IMG/VR virus record: IMGVR_UViG_3300043694_000018
Span: 1 to 64,000 of that record
Length of the DNA stretch: 64,000 bases
Direction: 5' to 3' (one strand)
DNA from: a virus
Taxonomy: Duplodnaviria > Caudoviricetes
Below are positions 50,427 to 59,366 of the stretch, one piece after another (the stretch's first letter is position 1; every line of letters starts with the position of its first letter). Made by a program: the position numbers and the translations under genes. The notes under the pieces were generated by a model. That model was not told the origin of the DNA, did no database searches, and saw only the letters and a program-made list of their open reading frames with translations.

Positions 50427-50635
50427 GCCGCCGCTTCCAGTGTGTCGGTCTGGGCCTGACAGTGGTCGATGATCTGGCCGTAGAACTCGACGGCGGCCTT
50501 CGCGGTCATCGTCTTGGCCACCCGGTCGAGCACATCCTTGGCGGCCTTGGCGGCCTCGGCCGGGCCGGGCGTGCGCCGCTTGGGCTTGGCGGCCTTGCGG
50601 GCCTTCTTCTTCGCTGCCTTGCGTCTCGCTGCCAT
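50423..50635 (-). CDS. Basic Ala/Lys-rich protein
   Basis: GGGAGG RBS; MAARRKAAKKKARK. Confidence 0.65.
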   Translation of the reverse strand: MAARRKAAKKKARKAAKPKRRTPGPAEAAKAAKDVLDRVAKTMTAKAAVEFYGQIIDHCQAQTDTLEAAA

Positions 50636-50645
50636 GGTCTCCTCC

Positions 50646-50924
50646 CTATCGTTGGTAGGTCTTCGATTCGCAGCGCTCCTCCGAGCCCTGCTTCCAGCAC
50701 CGCGTGATCGTCTCGCGCTGGCCGGTGTCGCGCCCGCGCAGCACGGGCGTCGGCGTCGTGTCGCGCTCCCGGCACACCCGGTAGGCCCCTTCCTTCCAGC
50801 ACAGGGTGGACGTGGTCTGCTGGCCGTGCGCGTTGCTGCACATGCTGAGACCCCACAGCCCCATGCCGAAGATCATCGGCATGCCGACAAGCAGCTTCAT
50901 GACGCGCATGTCAGAGTTGGTCAT
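50646..50924 (-). CDS. Small exported protein
   Basis: Signal-like N-terminus; C..C repeats. Confidence 0.55.
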   Translation of the reverse strand: MTNSDMRVMKLLVGMPMIFGMGLWGLSMCSNAHGQQTTSTLCWKEGAYRVCRERDTTPTPVLRGRDTGQRETITRCWKQGSEERCESKTYQR

Positions 50925-50944
50925 CTCCCCCTCCCCCGGTGACT

Positions 50945-51292
50945 TCAGTGCGTCACCCCCGCCGCTTCTTCCTCAAGGTCGTCGTAGCCGCCCAGCGCCT
51001 CGAACATCGGGTGAGCGATCATCGTGCCGTACAGGCGGCTGATGTCCCGGCGCAGCGGTACGACCATGGCGACCGGGATGTCGATCTCCTCGCCCGGCTT
51101 CACGGCGTGGAGCTTCTGCGCCAGCAGGTAGCGGCGGCGGTGCTCCAGTTCGGTGCGTGGCGGCTGCTGGGGATCGCCCGGCTGGACGCAGGCGTTGATG
51201 AGCACGACCCGCACGGTCCACGTCGTCTTGCCGTCCGGCGTGATCATCGGCCGCTGATCGAAATCGACCAGCACCTTGTCGGTCAGCTTCAT
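50945..51292 (-). CDS. Hypothetical protein
   Basis: GAAGG RBS; codon bias. Confidence 0.65.
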   Translation of the reverse strand: MKLTDKVLVDFDQRPMITPDGKTTWTVRVVLINACVQPGDPQQPPRTELEHRRRYLLAQKLHAVKPGEEIDIPVAMVVPLRRDISRLYGTMIAHPMFEALGGYDDLEEEAAGVTH

Positions 51293-51642
51293 GCGCTCAC
51301 CTTCAGTTCGTTCATGACCTCGATGACCTCGGCCCGCCGTTCCTTCGCCCGGTCGATGCGCTCATCGATGTGCTCCAGAACGCGCGGCCAGAGATCAGGC
51401 TGGATCACGGTTTCGAGGCCGTCCCAGCGGCGCACGGTGCGCAGGTTCACGGCGACGGCGCGGCCCATCTCGGACTTCCAGCGCTTGCCGTAGAGGGCAC
51501 GACCGACGCGCTCCAGCAGGCGGCGGTAGCGAACGGCTTCCTTCTTCGTGGGAGGATGCTCCCTGAAATCACGTGGTCGCTGCTTGCTCATGGATGCCCT
51601 AATATCAGGCTGCCCGCTTTCGGTAAACAGCATCATGGTCAT
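51289..51642 (-). CDS. Putative HTH DNA-binding protein
   Basis: GRALYG.RW.SEMGRAVAVNLRTVRRW helix-turn-helix-like pattern; start uncertain. Confidence 0.6.
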   Translation of the reverse strand: MTMMLFTESGQPDIRASMSKQRPRDFREHPPTKKEAVRYRRLLERVGRALYGKRWKSEMGRAVAVNLRTVRRWDGLETVIQPDLWPRVLEHIDERIDRAKERRAEVIEVMNELKVSA

Positions 51643-52010
51643 TGCGGCAAGTTCGATTCGGTGTAGCCGAAGCGCTCCATCAGTGCGTGACGACAGTTCT
51701 CGATCTGCACGAGGAACAGGCGCTCCCAGAAGAAGTCGGAGCGGACCATCCGGTCGAGCAGCTTCTCGTTGTGCCGGTGCTGCGCCTCCTCCCACATCAT
51801 GGCGTAAGCGCGCGCTTCGATCATGGTCTCGCGGTCGTACAGCGTCTCCGGCAGCTTGATGCCGCGCTCGCGCAAGGCCTTGATGGCGCTCCCGGCCGCT
51901 GCGATCACTTGCTGCTCGTTGAGCACCGGCCCGCTCATCGGCGTCAGGCTCTGCGTCGCGACGAACTCCAGCATGTCCTTCGGCGGCTTCGGCAGATCGT
52001 TCGTGCTCAT
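51639..52010 (-). CDS. Hypothetical protein
   Basis: GGAGG RBS. Confidence 0.6.
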   Translation of the reverse strand: MSTNDLPKPPKDMLEFVATQSLTPMSGPVLNEQQVIAAAGSAIKALRERGIKLPETLYDRETMIEARAYAMMWEEAQHRHNEKLLDRMVRSDFFWERLFLVQIENCRHALMERFGYTESNLPQ

Positions 52011-52330
52011 AGGCCCTCCATGAACTCGGCGTCGCCTGTCACGATGATGACAGTGCCGACGAGGTAGTCGCCGATCTCGGACGGCTGGCGGTCGAGCGCG
52101 CGCGCCCACAGCAACGTGGCCTGCGCGTTGAAGGGCAACTTCTTGTTCTTCCCATCCTCGTCGCAGAAGGCGACGCACTGCTGGCCCTCGTAGACGTAGA
52201 AGCTCGGCACCGCCTCGACGTAGCCGCCGTTCAGCGCGGGCTTGATCAGTTCGAGAATGTTCTGCGGGTCGGTGGTGTCGATGCGCGAGATCGGTCGATC
52301 CGGGCGCACGATGTGAAGCGATCCGTTCAT
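52007..52330 (-). CDS. DUF3846-like protein
   Basis: GGYVEAV, FCDEDGK.K.LP.N..AT, DYLVG.V....G. Confidence 0.75.
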   Translation of the reverse strand: MNGSLHIVRPDRPISRIDTTDPQNILELIKPALNGGYVEAVPSFYVYEGQQCVAFCDEDGKNKKLPFNAQATLLWARALDRQPSEIGDYLVGTVIIVTGDAEFMEGL

Positions 52331-52662
52331 GACGACAGCCTCCTCATGTGCAAGAGCGCGATGCAGAGCATGATCGGCAGAACCGGCACGCCGTCGATCA
52401 GCGTCGCGCGGTCGAAGTCGAGCGCACCGTCGAGCAGGCTGCGCATGCCGCTTTCGTCGTGGGCGAGATCGTCGGCACTGATGTCACGTTCCTTCTGCAT
52501 GCGCTCGAAGATCAGGCGCAGCGCACCCAGCGCAGCATTGACGCGGGCCTCGGTCATCACCTCCTCGGGCTCCACGTCGTAGCTCTCGCGCAGCAGGGCG
52601 CGCGCCTTCTCTACCCACTCGGGCGTGATGTACTGGACGATCTCGCGCGGGATGCCCTTCAT
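52327..52662 (-). CDS. Hypothetical protein
   Basis: ATGA overlaps. Confidence 0.6.
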   Translation of the reverse strand: MKGIPREIVQYITPEWVEKARALLRESYDVEPEEVMTEARVNAALGALRLIFERMQKERDISADDLAHDESGMRSLLDGALDFDRATLIDGVPVLPIMLCIALLHMRRLSS

Positions 52663-52913
52663 TCGGCCTTCTCGATGTGCTGCTTGGCGGCTTCGAGCGC
52701 ACTGTCGATCTGCGCCTCCAGATCGGGCACGGTGATCTTGAGCGCCTCCCGCCTGATCTTCTGGAGCGTCACGACCAGCAGGACGTTGGCCTCCTCCAGC
52801 GCGTTCTTCTGTTTGACCAGCTTGGTGATCTGGCCGTGCAGCGCGCCCAGCCGGTCGTTGATCGCGCTGCTCAGGTCATCGACGCGCTTCATCAGTTCTT
52901 CGGTCGTCGGCAT
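52659..52913 (-). CDS. Coiled-coil protein
   Basis: GGAGGAG RBS; heptad pattern. Confidence 0.6.
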   Translation of the reverse strand: MPTTEELMKRVDDLSSAINDRLGALHGQITKLVKQKNALEEANVLLVVTLQKIRREALKITVPDLEAQIDSALEAAKQHIEKAE

Positions 52914-52915
52914 GC

Positions 52916-53218
52916 TCACTCCTCCACGGGCTGGGGCTTTTTGGCGAGGCGGTTGACGGCTTCGGTCAACAGGGCCGCACGCTGGATAATGTACTGGTCG
53001 CGGCATGCCTCCTCCTCGTTCTCGCTGCGCGCCTTGGTCAGGCAGTCATCGTAGGTCTTGCGCGCCGCCTTGACGCGGTTGTCCCAATCGTCGGCGCGCA
53101 GCACGCAGGTCGACAGGCCGATCAGGATCACCGCGCCGAGCACGGTGAAGAAGGCGTCGCGCAGCCGTCGAAAGGCGCAGAACGCCGATACGACCAGCAG
53201 GATGACGACGAAGATCAT
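52916..53218 (-). CDS. Membrane-anchored protein
   Basis: Two N-terminal hydrophobic stretches. Confidence 0.55.
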   Translation of the reverse strand: MIFVVILLVVSAFCAFRRLRDAFFTVLGAVILIGLSTCVLRADDWDNRVKAARKTYDDCLTKARSENEEEACRDQYIIQRAALLTEAVNRLAKKPQPVEE

Positions 53219-53574
53219 CGCAGCGCACTCCGGCGGCCAAGCTGCTTGCCGATCAGTTCGGCCCCGACCTCGTCGCGGGCGTCGCTCTGCTTGACCCACG
53301 TGATTACGCCCGTGGCGGTCACGCCAGTCTCGCCGATCAGCACGCCGACCAGATCGCGGTCGCGCACGAGTTCGGGCATCTCCTCCTCCAACTTCTTGAG
53401 CCGGGCCTCGATGGGTCCCTCGTACTCGAAGACGCCTGCCTCGTTCATGCCGGTGTCGCGCACCGGCATCTTGACGCCGATCAGGTGAATCCGCTGGTAG
53501 CTATCGCCCATCACGAACGACACGCGCCGGGTCTTCCAATTGCTCACGCCGCGCGGGCGACCCCGTGGCATCAC
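53215..53574 (-). CDS. Hypothetical protein
   Basis: GGGGAGGG RBS. Confidence 0.55.
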   Translation of the reverse strand: MMPRGRPRGVSNWKTRRVSFVMGDSYQRIHLIGVKMPVRDTGMNEAGVFEYEGPIEARLKKLEEEMPELVRDRDLVGVLIGETGVTATGVITWVKQSDARDEVGAELIGKQLGRRSALR

Positions 53575-53867
53575 GCCCTCCCCCGGATCGCTTCGCGCTC
53601 GCCGATCTGGCGGTCGATCTCCGTGGCGATGGCGATCAGATCGCGCTCGATCTTGTTGAGGGCTTCGCGGCGCGCGATATGCTCATGGTAGGCAAGCGAC
53701 GCCGCGTCACCCTTGGGGCTGGTGGCGATGGTCTGGTAGTCGCGGCCGTGGACCGTGAGGGCGCTCATCGCAGCTTGCGCGGCCTGTATGGCGTGGATGG
53801 CGTCGAGGTATTCCTGCTTCAGGACCTCGGCGTTCGTGCCGTTGATGTTGATCTGAGGAAACTGCAT
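53571..53867 (-). CDS. Conserved small phage protein
   Basis: ACACAGGAG leader; P.IN.NGT..E.L...Y..A...HGRDYQ motif. Confidence 0.7.
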   Translation of the reverse strand: MQFPQININGTNAEVLKQEYLDAIHAIQAAQAAMSALTVHGRDYQTIATSPKGDAASLAYHEHIARREALNKIERDLIAIATEIDRQIGEREAIRGRA

Positions 53868-53889
53868 TGTCATTCTCCTGTGTTTCGAT

Positions 53890-53905
53890 GCCCTCAATTT
53901 AGGGC
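53890..53905. promoter_or_regulatory. Palindromic site GCCCT-CAATTT-AGGGC
   Basis: Intergenic, upstream of early gene. Confidence 0.8.
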
Positions 53906-53933
53906 GTGACCGGGAGAACTACAAGCCCTCTCG

Positions 53934-54137
53934 TCACTGGCCGCACTGGTCGGGGAACGGTTCCTGCCCCTTGTGGATGCGGGCGTCGTTCGTCGTCTTC
54001 AGGTTGGCCCGGCAGGTCTCGACGGCCTTGCTCCGGGCGATGCCGTCGCCGATCAGGTAGCCGGTCAGCAGCACGGCACAGCCGCTCGTGCTCAGCGCAA
54101 CGCCCGCCAGTACGCACGCCATGGCAAGACGCTTCAC
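53934..54137 (-). CDS. Small lipoprotein
   Basis: GTG start, ALSTSG|C lipobox-like. Confidence 0.55.
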   Translation of the reverse strand: MKRLAMACVLAGVALSTSGCAVLLTGYLIGDGIARSKAVETCRANLKTTNDARIHKGQEPFPDQCGQ

Positions 54138-54373
54138 GATGTCACCTTGGCCAGCGTGGCGTAGCAGTTCATGCCCGCCGTGGTGCGGACCTCCGTGCCA
54201 TTGGCCAGCGTGAACGAGAACGCGCCGCTGTTCACGGCGAGGTCGTAGGCGTCCTTCCACGTCTGCGCGCCGGGATAGGTCTGGCACGTGACATTCCATG
54301 GGCCGCGCGGCGTGGCGGCGGCGACACTGGTGGCCGCGCAAACCAGCGCGGCGATGGCAAAAACTCGAATCAC
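54134..54373 (-). CDS. Small secreted protein
   Basis: AGGAAGG RBS, signal peptide. Confidence 0.6.
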   Translation of the reverse strand: MIRVFAIAALVCAATSVAAATPRGPWNVTCQTYPGAQTWKDAYDLAVNSGAFSFTLANGTEVRTTAGMNCYATLAKVTS

Positions 54374-54399
54374 TCAACACCTTCCTTTCGACGCCCTAA

Positions 54400-54430
54400 G
54401 CCCGCGTCAGCTTTTCAGGGCTGAGCGGGC
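54400..54430 (-). ncRNA. Bulged leader hairpin, copy A
   Basis: GCCCGC-UCAGC-[CCUGAAAA]-GCUGA-C-GCGGGC. Confidence 0.55.
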
Positions 54431-54508
54431 CGGGTTCCTGTGGTAGATCGGGGTGGTTGCCGGGCGGCCAACACAGGACACAAACCGCCCGGCGTCCCCC
54501 ACGCGAGA

Positions 54509-54532
54509 GGGAGCGGCTTCCCATCCGCTCCC
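54509..54532. terminator. GC-rich hairpin after DUF932 gene (possible terminator, no U-tract)
   Basis: GGGAGCGG-cttcccat-CCGCTCCC. Confidence 0.35.
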
Positions 54533-54546
54533 TCCCTCCCAAGTTC

Positions 54547-55665
54547 TTAGGCAGCGACGGGCACCGCCTCGACATCGATCACCGGCTGGGCAGCGGCGCG
54601 GCGGCGGCGGCGCACCGGGGCCGCGTCGGCCTCCAGTACCTGCTTCCACTCGGCCTGCGGCAGTTCCAGCAACTGGCCGCCCAGCTTCTCGAAGTCGACG
54701 GCGCGGTCGTAGTCGGTGGCGTCGTGGGCCTGCGCGGTGACGGCGTTCAGCACGCCCCACTTGCTCAAGTCGCCGCCCTCGATCAGCGACCGCAGGATGC
54801 CGCCGGTCTCGGTCTCGTTGGCACCGATCTTCTGGGCCAGCACCTCGACCGCAGCCGCCGGGTTGCCGACGATCTTGGCCTCGGTCATGCCCTGCATCTT
54901 GGCGACGACCTTGCCGAACTCGATCTCGCCGACCGCGTTCCGCACCATGTCGCGGACCTTGAGCAGGATCGCCCGGTCGTCCGCCTTCTTCGTGTCGTCG
55001 GCCCACAGGGCCTCGTTGTCTTCGATCTTGCGACCGACGTGACGAGCGCTGAAGCGCTGGTCCGGCAGGATCATGCCGTTGAGGCAGCGCAGGCGGTACA
55101 CCATCGGCGTCACCGACACCGCGCCGAAGCCGATCTCGGAGTTCGAGATCACGACACCGGCCTGCACCACGTCGCCGACCTTGACCTCGCCCTGTACACG
55201 CGGGCTCACCGCCTGAATGTACATGCGCCGCTCAGTCACTTCGCAGGAGACGATCTGGACTTGCGGGATGTCGAGCAGCACCGGCAGCGCGACCTCGGCG
55301 ATTTCCTCGTTCTCGATGCGCTGATACTGGTTCGACAGGAAGGCGCGGACGTTGTCCTTCAGGACGCGGACCATGCGCTTCTCGGGGTTCGCGTGGAACC
55401 ACGTGTTGACGTTCTGGGCCAGAAGCTCCGGCTGGTCGGCGAGCATGCGGTCGTAGTATTTGACCGGGATGCCGAGGCGGTTGGCGATCTGGTTGTGAGC
55501 AGTCGGCCGGATGGCGAGCGGCTGCTGGCTGGGGATGACGAGCGACGTGCCCGTCTCGCTGGGCCTCATCTCGACCGACGCGGTGTCGGCGATGAAGTCC
55601 TTCTTCTGGGTCTTCAGGCCCTCGATACGCTGGGCCAACTCGGAAAGCGACAAACCTTTAAGCAT
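54547..55665 (-). CDS. DUF932-like protein
   Basis: ACACAGGA leader; RAFLS..Y.RI.N, G..ISNSE.G.G.V.V......RL.CLNGM. Confidence 0.75.
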   Translation of the reverse strand: MLKGLSLSELAQRIEGLKTQKKDFIADTASVEMRPSETGTSLVIPSQQPLAIRPTAHNQIANRLGIPVKYYDRMLADQPELLAQNVNTWFHANPEKRMVRVLKDNVRAFLSNQYQRIENEEIAEVALPVLLDIPQVQIVSCEVTERRMYIQAVSPRVQGEVKVGDVVQAGVVISNSEIGFGAVSVTPMVYRLRCLNGMILPDQRFSARHVGRKIEDNEALWADDTKKADDRAILLKVRDMVRNAVGEIEFGKVVAKMQGMTEAKIVGNPAAAVEVLAQKIGANETETGGILRSLIEGGDLSKWGVLNAVTAQAHDATDYDRAVDFEKLGGQLLELPQAEWKQVLEADAAPVRRRRRAAAQPVIDVEAVPVAA

Positions 55666-55723
55666 TGAAGTGGTAGTTCCTGTGTTTGCTCCGGCTGCCG
55701 GGATGGTCCCGCCGGGCACCACA

Positions 55724-55752
55724 GAGATAGGCTCACTGAAAAAGTTTTGCAA
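55724..55752 (-). promoter_or_regulatory. Sigma70-like early promoter TTGCAA-N17-TATCTC
   Basis: One of three near-identical promoter boxes. Confidence 0.6.
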
Positions 55753-55761
55753 GCCCCTGAT

Positions 55762-55804
55762 GCCCTTTTTTGAGGGCCTATGGATTGTGCCCTATTTTGC
55801 GGGC
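55762..55804. promoter_or_regulatory. Tandem palindromic sites (GCCCT-TTTTTG-AGGGC and variant GCCCT-ATTTTG-CGGGC)
   Basis: Just upstream of the -35 of the DUF932 promoter. Confidence 0.8.
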
Positions 55805-56001
55805 ATGACCACATCCAGCTTGCGGGGTGCCCGCTGGGTGGCGTGGTAGGTGCAGAAGTGGCCGATCCGGGCCGGGCGCTTGCACTGGTAGGCTGGCTTG
55901 GCCGTGGTCGGCGGCAGCACAGCGGCGAGGCAGCGCGCCGGGTCGACCGGCGGCTGGTCCTCCCTCGGCGAGTACAGGCAGCGCAGCGGCAGGGTGCTCA
56001 T
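55792..56001 (-). CDS. Small Cys/His protein
   Basis: C...C...C.R.....FC..H. Confidence 0.55.
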   Translation of the reverse strand: MSTLPLRCLYSPREDQPPVDPARCLAAVLPPTTAKPAYQCKRPARIGHFCTYHATQRAPRKLDVVMPAK

Positions 56002-56189
56002 GCCGGGGCCTTCTCCTCGGGCGCGTGGCTGCGCAGCGGGAAATCGCGGGTGGTGTGGCACTTCCACGTGCTGTTCGGCTTGTGCGGGTCCGTCACCCAC
56101 TTGTAGCTGTACTCGGTCACGCCGGTCTTGATCAGCGTGATCTGCGCGCCGCACTTGGCACAGGTCGCGGTCTTCGTCATCGGCATCAC
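55998..56189 (-). CDS. Small Zn-ribbon protein
   Basis: CAKCG ... C ... H.P. Confidence 0.6.
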   Translation of the reverse strand: MMPMTKTATCAKCGAQITLIKTGVTEYSYKWVTDPHKPNSTWKCHTTRDFPLRSHAPEEKAPA

Positions 56190-56392
56190 GGGAACTTCTC
56201 TTTCAGGTCGTCCAGCACCGACAGGCTCACCTCGGCGAGCCCGCCCAGAACTCCGTGCATGGCGTTCGCCAAGTCGCGGGCCTCACCCGGCTTCAGCGGC
56301 TTGTCGTCGCTGTTGTAGAGCCGGGTCATGACGCGGCGCAGCTTGGCGACCTCCATGCCGTCGATCACGAAGTCCTTGTCCTCGTCGCTCAT
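56186..56392 (-). CDS. Hypothetical protein
   Basis: ATGA overlaps. Confidence 0.6.
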   Translation of the reverse strand: MSDEDKDFVIDGMEVAKLRRVMTRLYNSDDKPLKPGEARDLANAMHGVLGGLAEVSLSVLDDLKEKFP

Positions 56393-56808
56393 GCCAGCAC
56401 CGCGCCCTGTTCGAGGTCGTAGTTCTCCAGCAACCGCCGGGCGGCGTCGATCTGGTCGGGCCGCATCTCCTCGGCAGCGCGCCGGTCGTTGGCGACCCAG
56501 CGCACGAAGCCCAGCACGTGCCCGGCAAGATCGGGCGACTGGACGCGCCAGTGCTTGAGGTCGTAGCGGCCCACGTACTCCAGCCCATCGGCGAACACGA
56601 CCTTGAAGTCGTGCTTGTCGTACCCGCCGCCGGTCGGCGCGGTGCGGCTGTTCGTGCGCAGCGTGTTGTTGGCGTCAGTCCAGCCCCGGCAGACCTGCAC
56701 GATGCCGCACTCGCTGGCGAGGCCTTCGACGCGCGTGATCTCGATGCGCACCGGGCGGATAAGCTCGCGGTACACCTTGCCGTCCACGCCCTGATAGGTC
56801 GCGCTCAT
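56389..56808 (-). CDS. Hypothetical protein
   Basis: AAGGGGG RBS; GGYDK.DF.V.F.DG..Y.GR.DL motif. Confidence 0.65.
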   Translation of the reverse strand: MSATYQGVDGKVYRELIRPVRIEITRVEGLASECGIVQVCRGWTDANNTLRTNSRTAPTGGGYDKHDFKVVFADGLEYVGRYDLKHWRVQSPDLAGHVLGFVRWVANDRRAAEEMRPDQIDAARRLLENYDLEQGAVLA

Positions 56809-56984
56809 GCGGCCCCCTTGGCGAAGCGGTACTCGCGCTCGGCCCACTGGTCGAGCTTGCTGAGCTTGTCCTTGTACTCGGACTCGCTCAGCTTGCCCGC
56901 CATGTACTGGGCGTCGATGGCGTCAGTGGTGCGCTCGACGGCGCGCTCGATCTGGTCCTCGGTCATGATGGTGTTCGTTCTCAT
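56805..56984 (-). CDS. Small helical protein (59 aa, not in ORF track)
   Basis: Hand translation: MRTNTIMTEDQIERAVERTTDAIDAQYMAGKLSESEYKDKLSKLDQWAEREYRFAKGAA. Confidence 0.65.
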   Translation of the reverse strand: MRTNTIMTEDQIERAVERTTDAIDAQYMAGKLSESEYKDKLSKLDQWAEREYRFAKGAA

Positions 56985-57000
56985 GCCCTCAATTTAGGGC
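56985..57000. promoter_or_regulatory. Palindromic site GCCCT-CAATTT-AGGGC
   Basis: Abuts ATG 56984. Confidence 0.8.
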
Positions 57001-57236
57001 GCGTCGTCGTTGCTTTCAATGGGGAAGACGCGCTGGCCCGGACGATATTCGCGCACGTCGAGGATCGGGTCGTGGTCGTACAGGCGCAGCGACAGGCGCG
57101 ACAGCCAGAGCAGCACCCAGTACAGGCCGTCGACCACGATCTGGCTGAGGCTGAAGACCAGCACCATCAGCAGGAACAGCGGCACGATGAGCGCCAGTAT
57201 CAGGGCGAACGACGCCGCAGCGCGCAGGGCGTTCAT
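56994..57236 (-). CDS. Membrane protein
   Basis: Long hydrophobic segment. Confidence 0.55.
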   Translation of the reverse strand: MNALRAAASFALILALIVPLFLLMVLVFSLSQIVVDGLYWVLLWLSRLSLRLYDHDPILDVREYRPGQRVFPIESNDDAP

Positions 57237-57562
57237 TCGGCCGCCACCTTGGCCGCCAGCGGCACCGGCACCGGGTCAGGCTCGATCACCGGCAGCGGCG
57301 CGACCGTGACGACCGGCTTGGCCGCGCGCTTCTGCGGCTTCACCGTGTAGTTCTGCAACAGGCGCTTGACGGTATCCACCACCATCATCTCGACCAGAAA
57401 CAGCACCTCCTGTCGTGGCAGGTTGGCGTCGGCGACGACGACCCGGACGTGCTGGACGTGCGGGTCGGCGCTGACGACCGGGGCGGACCAGATGACTGGC
57501 CCGCCGGGCGGGACCACTGAGCCGTTGCAGCAGTTGATCTCGATCTCGCAGACGTACTTCAT
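57233..57562 (-). CDS. Hypothetical protein
   Basis: GGAGG RBS. Confidence 0.55.
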   Translation of the reverse strand: MKYVCEIEINCCNGSVVPPGGPVIWSAPVVSADPHVQHVRVVVADANLPRQEVLFLVEMMVVDTVKRLLQNYTVKPQKRAAKPVVTVAPLPVIEPDPVPVPLAAKVAAE

Positions 57563-57843
57563 GCGTTGTTGCTTGAGCCTCCACCGTTTGAACGCTTGCG
57601 CGCGAGCACCCTGCTCCGCGCCCGGACGCAGGGCGCGCACATGCAGGAGTCGAGCGTCTTGTAGAAGATCGAGGCTGCATGCCACGCCGGGCACTCCTCG
57701 CGCAGGGCGATGGCGGCGATCTGGCCCACGTCATCCGGGCGCTTGACCCGGATGGAGGCTCGCACGATGCCTTCCCACTGCTGGATTGTGAACCTATGGC
57801 GTCCCACTACACTCTCCCCATGTCCCCTTTGTAGGGCATGCAA
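57559..57843 (-). CDS. Hypothetical Cys-containing protein
   Basis: ATGA overlap; start uncertain. Confidence 0.4.
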   Translation of the reverse strand: MHALQRGHGESVVGRHRFTIQQWEGIVRASIRVKRPDDVGQIAAIALREECPAWHAASIFYKTLDSCMCAPCVRARSRVLARKRSNGGGSSNNA

Positions 57844-57924
57844 TCTGCGATTGACAAGGATGGAATTGTCCGACTGCGGCGCTCAGGTATTACCCCCAAA
57901 GCGCTCTTGCCTAACCTTTCGGGA

Positions 57925-58110
57925 TCATGACGACAGCGCGCTCCCCTCGCGGACGTTGCCCTCGATCAGGACCTCGGTGGTGTTCTTCATCACCAGCGCA
58001 GTGCCGTGCAGGTCGATCTTGCTGCCCGGCAACCAGACGACCAGTTGATGGTCGTCCAGCGCCGGGTCGAGCTTCATCAGTTCGTCGCGCACTTGCTTGA
58101 CGGTCGCCAT
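57925..58110 (-). CDS. Hypothetical protein
   Basis: GGGGAGG RBS. Confidence 0.65.
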   Translation of the reverse strand: MATVKQVRDELMKLDPALDDHQLVVWLPGSKIDLHGTALVMKNTTEVLIEGNVREGSALSS

Positions 58111-58111
58111 C

Positions 58112-58762
58112 TCACACCTCCCCCGGATCGGCGTTGATCGCCGCGTCGCGCAGTTCCTCCAGCGCGGCCTCGTAGTCCGACTCGGCCTGTTCCTTGGCGT
58201 CGGCCTGTTCGGTCAGGTACTGCTCCCACGCGGTGGTCGCCCAGTCCTGAACGGCGTCGAGGTAGTCCTCGACCGTCGCGAGGTCGAGCCGTTCGGGCTC
58301 CGGCATCGAGTAGTTGTCGAGGAAGTCCTCGAAGCTCTGCTCCTCCGGCTCCTCCAGTTCGGGCTGGTCGAGGCCTTCGATCTCGTCGGCCCACGTCTCG
58401 CAGTTCTGGATGCGCTCCTGAAGCATCTCGCCGGTCGCGCCCTGTTGCAGGCCCTCCGGCATGTTGTCGAGGCTGCCTTGGCACTCCTCACCCAGCGACC
58501 TGATCTCGCCCGCGATCTCCACGAGCGCGTCATACAGGCCGTCATCGAGGCTGAGGTCGCCCATCTGTTCGCTGAAGCTACGCCACTGGCTCTTGAAGCT
58601 CGACCGCGTCAACTGGCTGGGACGCGGGTACGCCTTGCTGACGACCTTGGTCCCCGGCCCGCGCTGGTTCTTGAACGTCCACCAGTAGTACGTGTCACCC
58701 ACCGCGATCCCGGCATGCGGGATCGCCTTGCGGGCGCGCTCGACCTTATTGACGCGCGGCAT
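58112..58762 (-). CDS. Acidic hypothetical protein
   Basis: GGAGG RBS; GD.YYWW N-terminus, acidic helical C-terminus. Confidence 0.7.
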   Translation of the reverse strand: MPRVNKVERARKAIPHAGIAVGDTYYWWTFKNQRGPGTKVVSKAYPRPSQLTRSSFKSQWRSFSEQMGDLSLDDGLYDALVEIAGEIRSLGEECQGSLDNMPEGLQQGATGEMLQERIQNCETWADEIEGLDQPELEEPEEQSFEDFLDNYSMPEPERLDLATVEDYLDAVQDWATTAWEQYLTEQADAKEQAESDYEAALEELRDAAINADPGEV

Positions 58763-59072
58763 CGGAAGCCTCCTTGGCCTTGCGCGCGGCTTCGTCGCGG
58801 TCCCGCTCGCGCAGCATGTGATGCTGCACCAGCGTCGCGATCCGCTCCTCGTCGGCGAACAGGTCCTTCAGCGCGCCGTAGGCACCGCTCAGGTTCGCCA
58901 CCTTGCAGGCGGCATACAGCAGGTCGTTCGCGGCGTCCTTGTCACCGGCCGCGAAGCTCATGTCGATGAACACCGTGTTCGGCTTGTCCTCGGCGGTGTT
59001 CGCCCCAACCCGCAGGTTGGTGATGCTGCCGACAATCGTGCTGACGGTCGGCGGGTCCTTCCTTCTTGCCAT
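58746..59072 (-). CDS. Hypothetical protein
   Basis: ACACAGGAG leader. Confidence 0.65.
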   Translation of the reverse strand: MARRKDPPTVSTIVGSITNLRVGANTAEDKPNTVFIDMSFAAGDKDAANDLLYAACKVANLSGAYGALKDLFADEERIATLVQHHMLRERDRDEAARKAKEASDAARQ

Positions 59073-59094
59073 GTCACTCTCCTGTGTTGTTGTG

Positions 59095-59114
59095 ACGCCC
59101 TAAATTTAGGGCGT
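59095..59114. promoter_or_regulatory. Perfect 20-bp palindrome ACGCCCTAAATTTAGGGCGT
   Basis: Upstream of the ACACAGGAG leader of gene 58746-59072. Confidence 0.8.
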
Positions 59115-59366
59115 GGCCTTCCCGTTTTCAAGGGCCGCCGCACGCTCGGCCTTGCTCGGATAGATCACGCGCTGGCGGCGGAACACGCGCTTCTGCGGCT
59201 CCGGCTCAGGCGTGCTCGGCCCATAGGGCGCGACGCCCGGCGGCAGGTTGTGGTTGATGATGGCGAGGTTGGCCGCCTCGACGGCGGCCTCGGCGAGCTT
59301 CAGCGCATCGTGCGCCCGGCGCAGGCAGGCGTAGGCCTTCACCAGCAGGTCGTGCCGTTCACTCAC
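59106..59366 (-). CDS. Hypothetical protein
   Basis: GTG overlap. Confidence 0.55.
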   Translation of the reverse strand: MSERHDLLVKAYACLRRAHDALKLAEAAVEAANLAIINHNLPPGVAPYGPSTPEPEPQKRVFRRQRVIYPSKAERAAALENGKATP

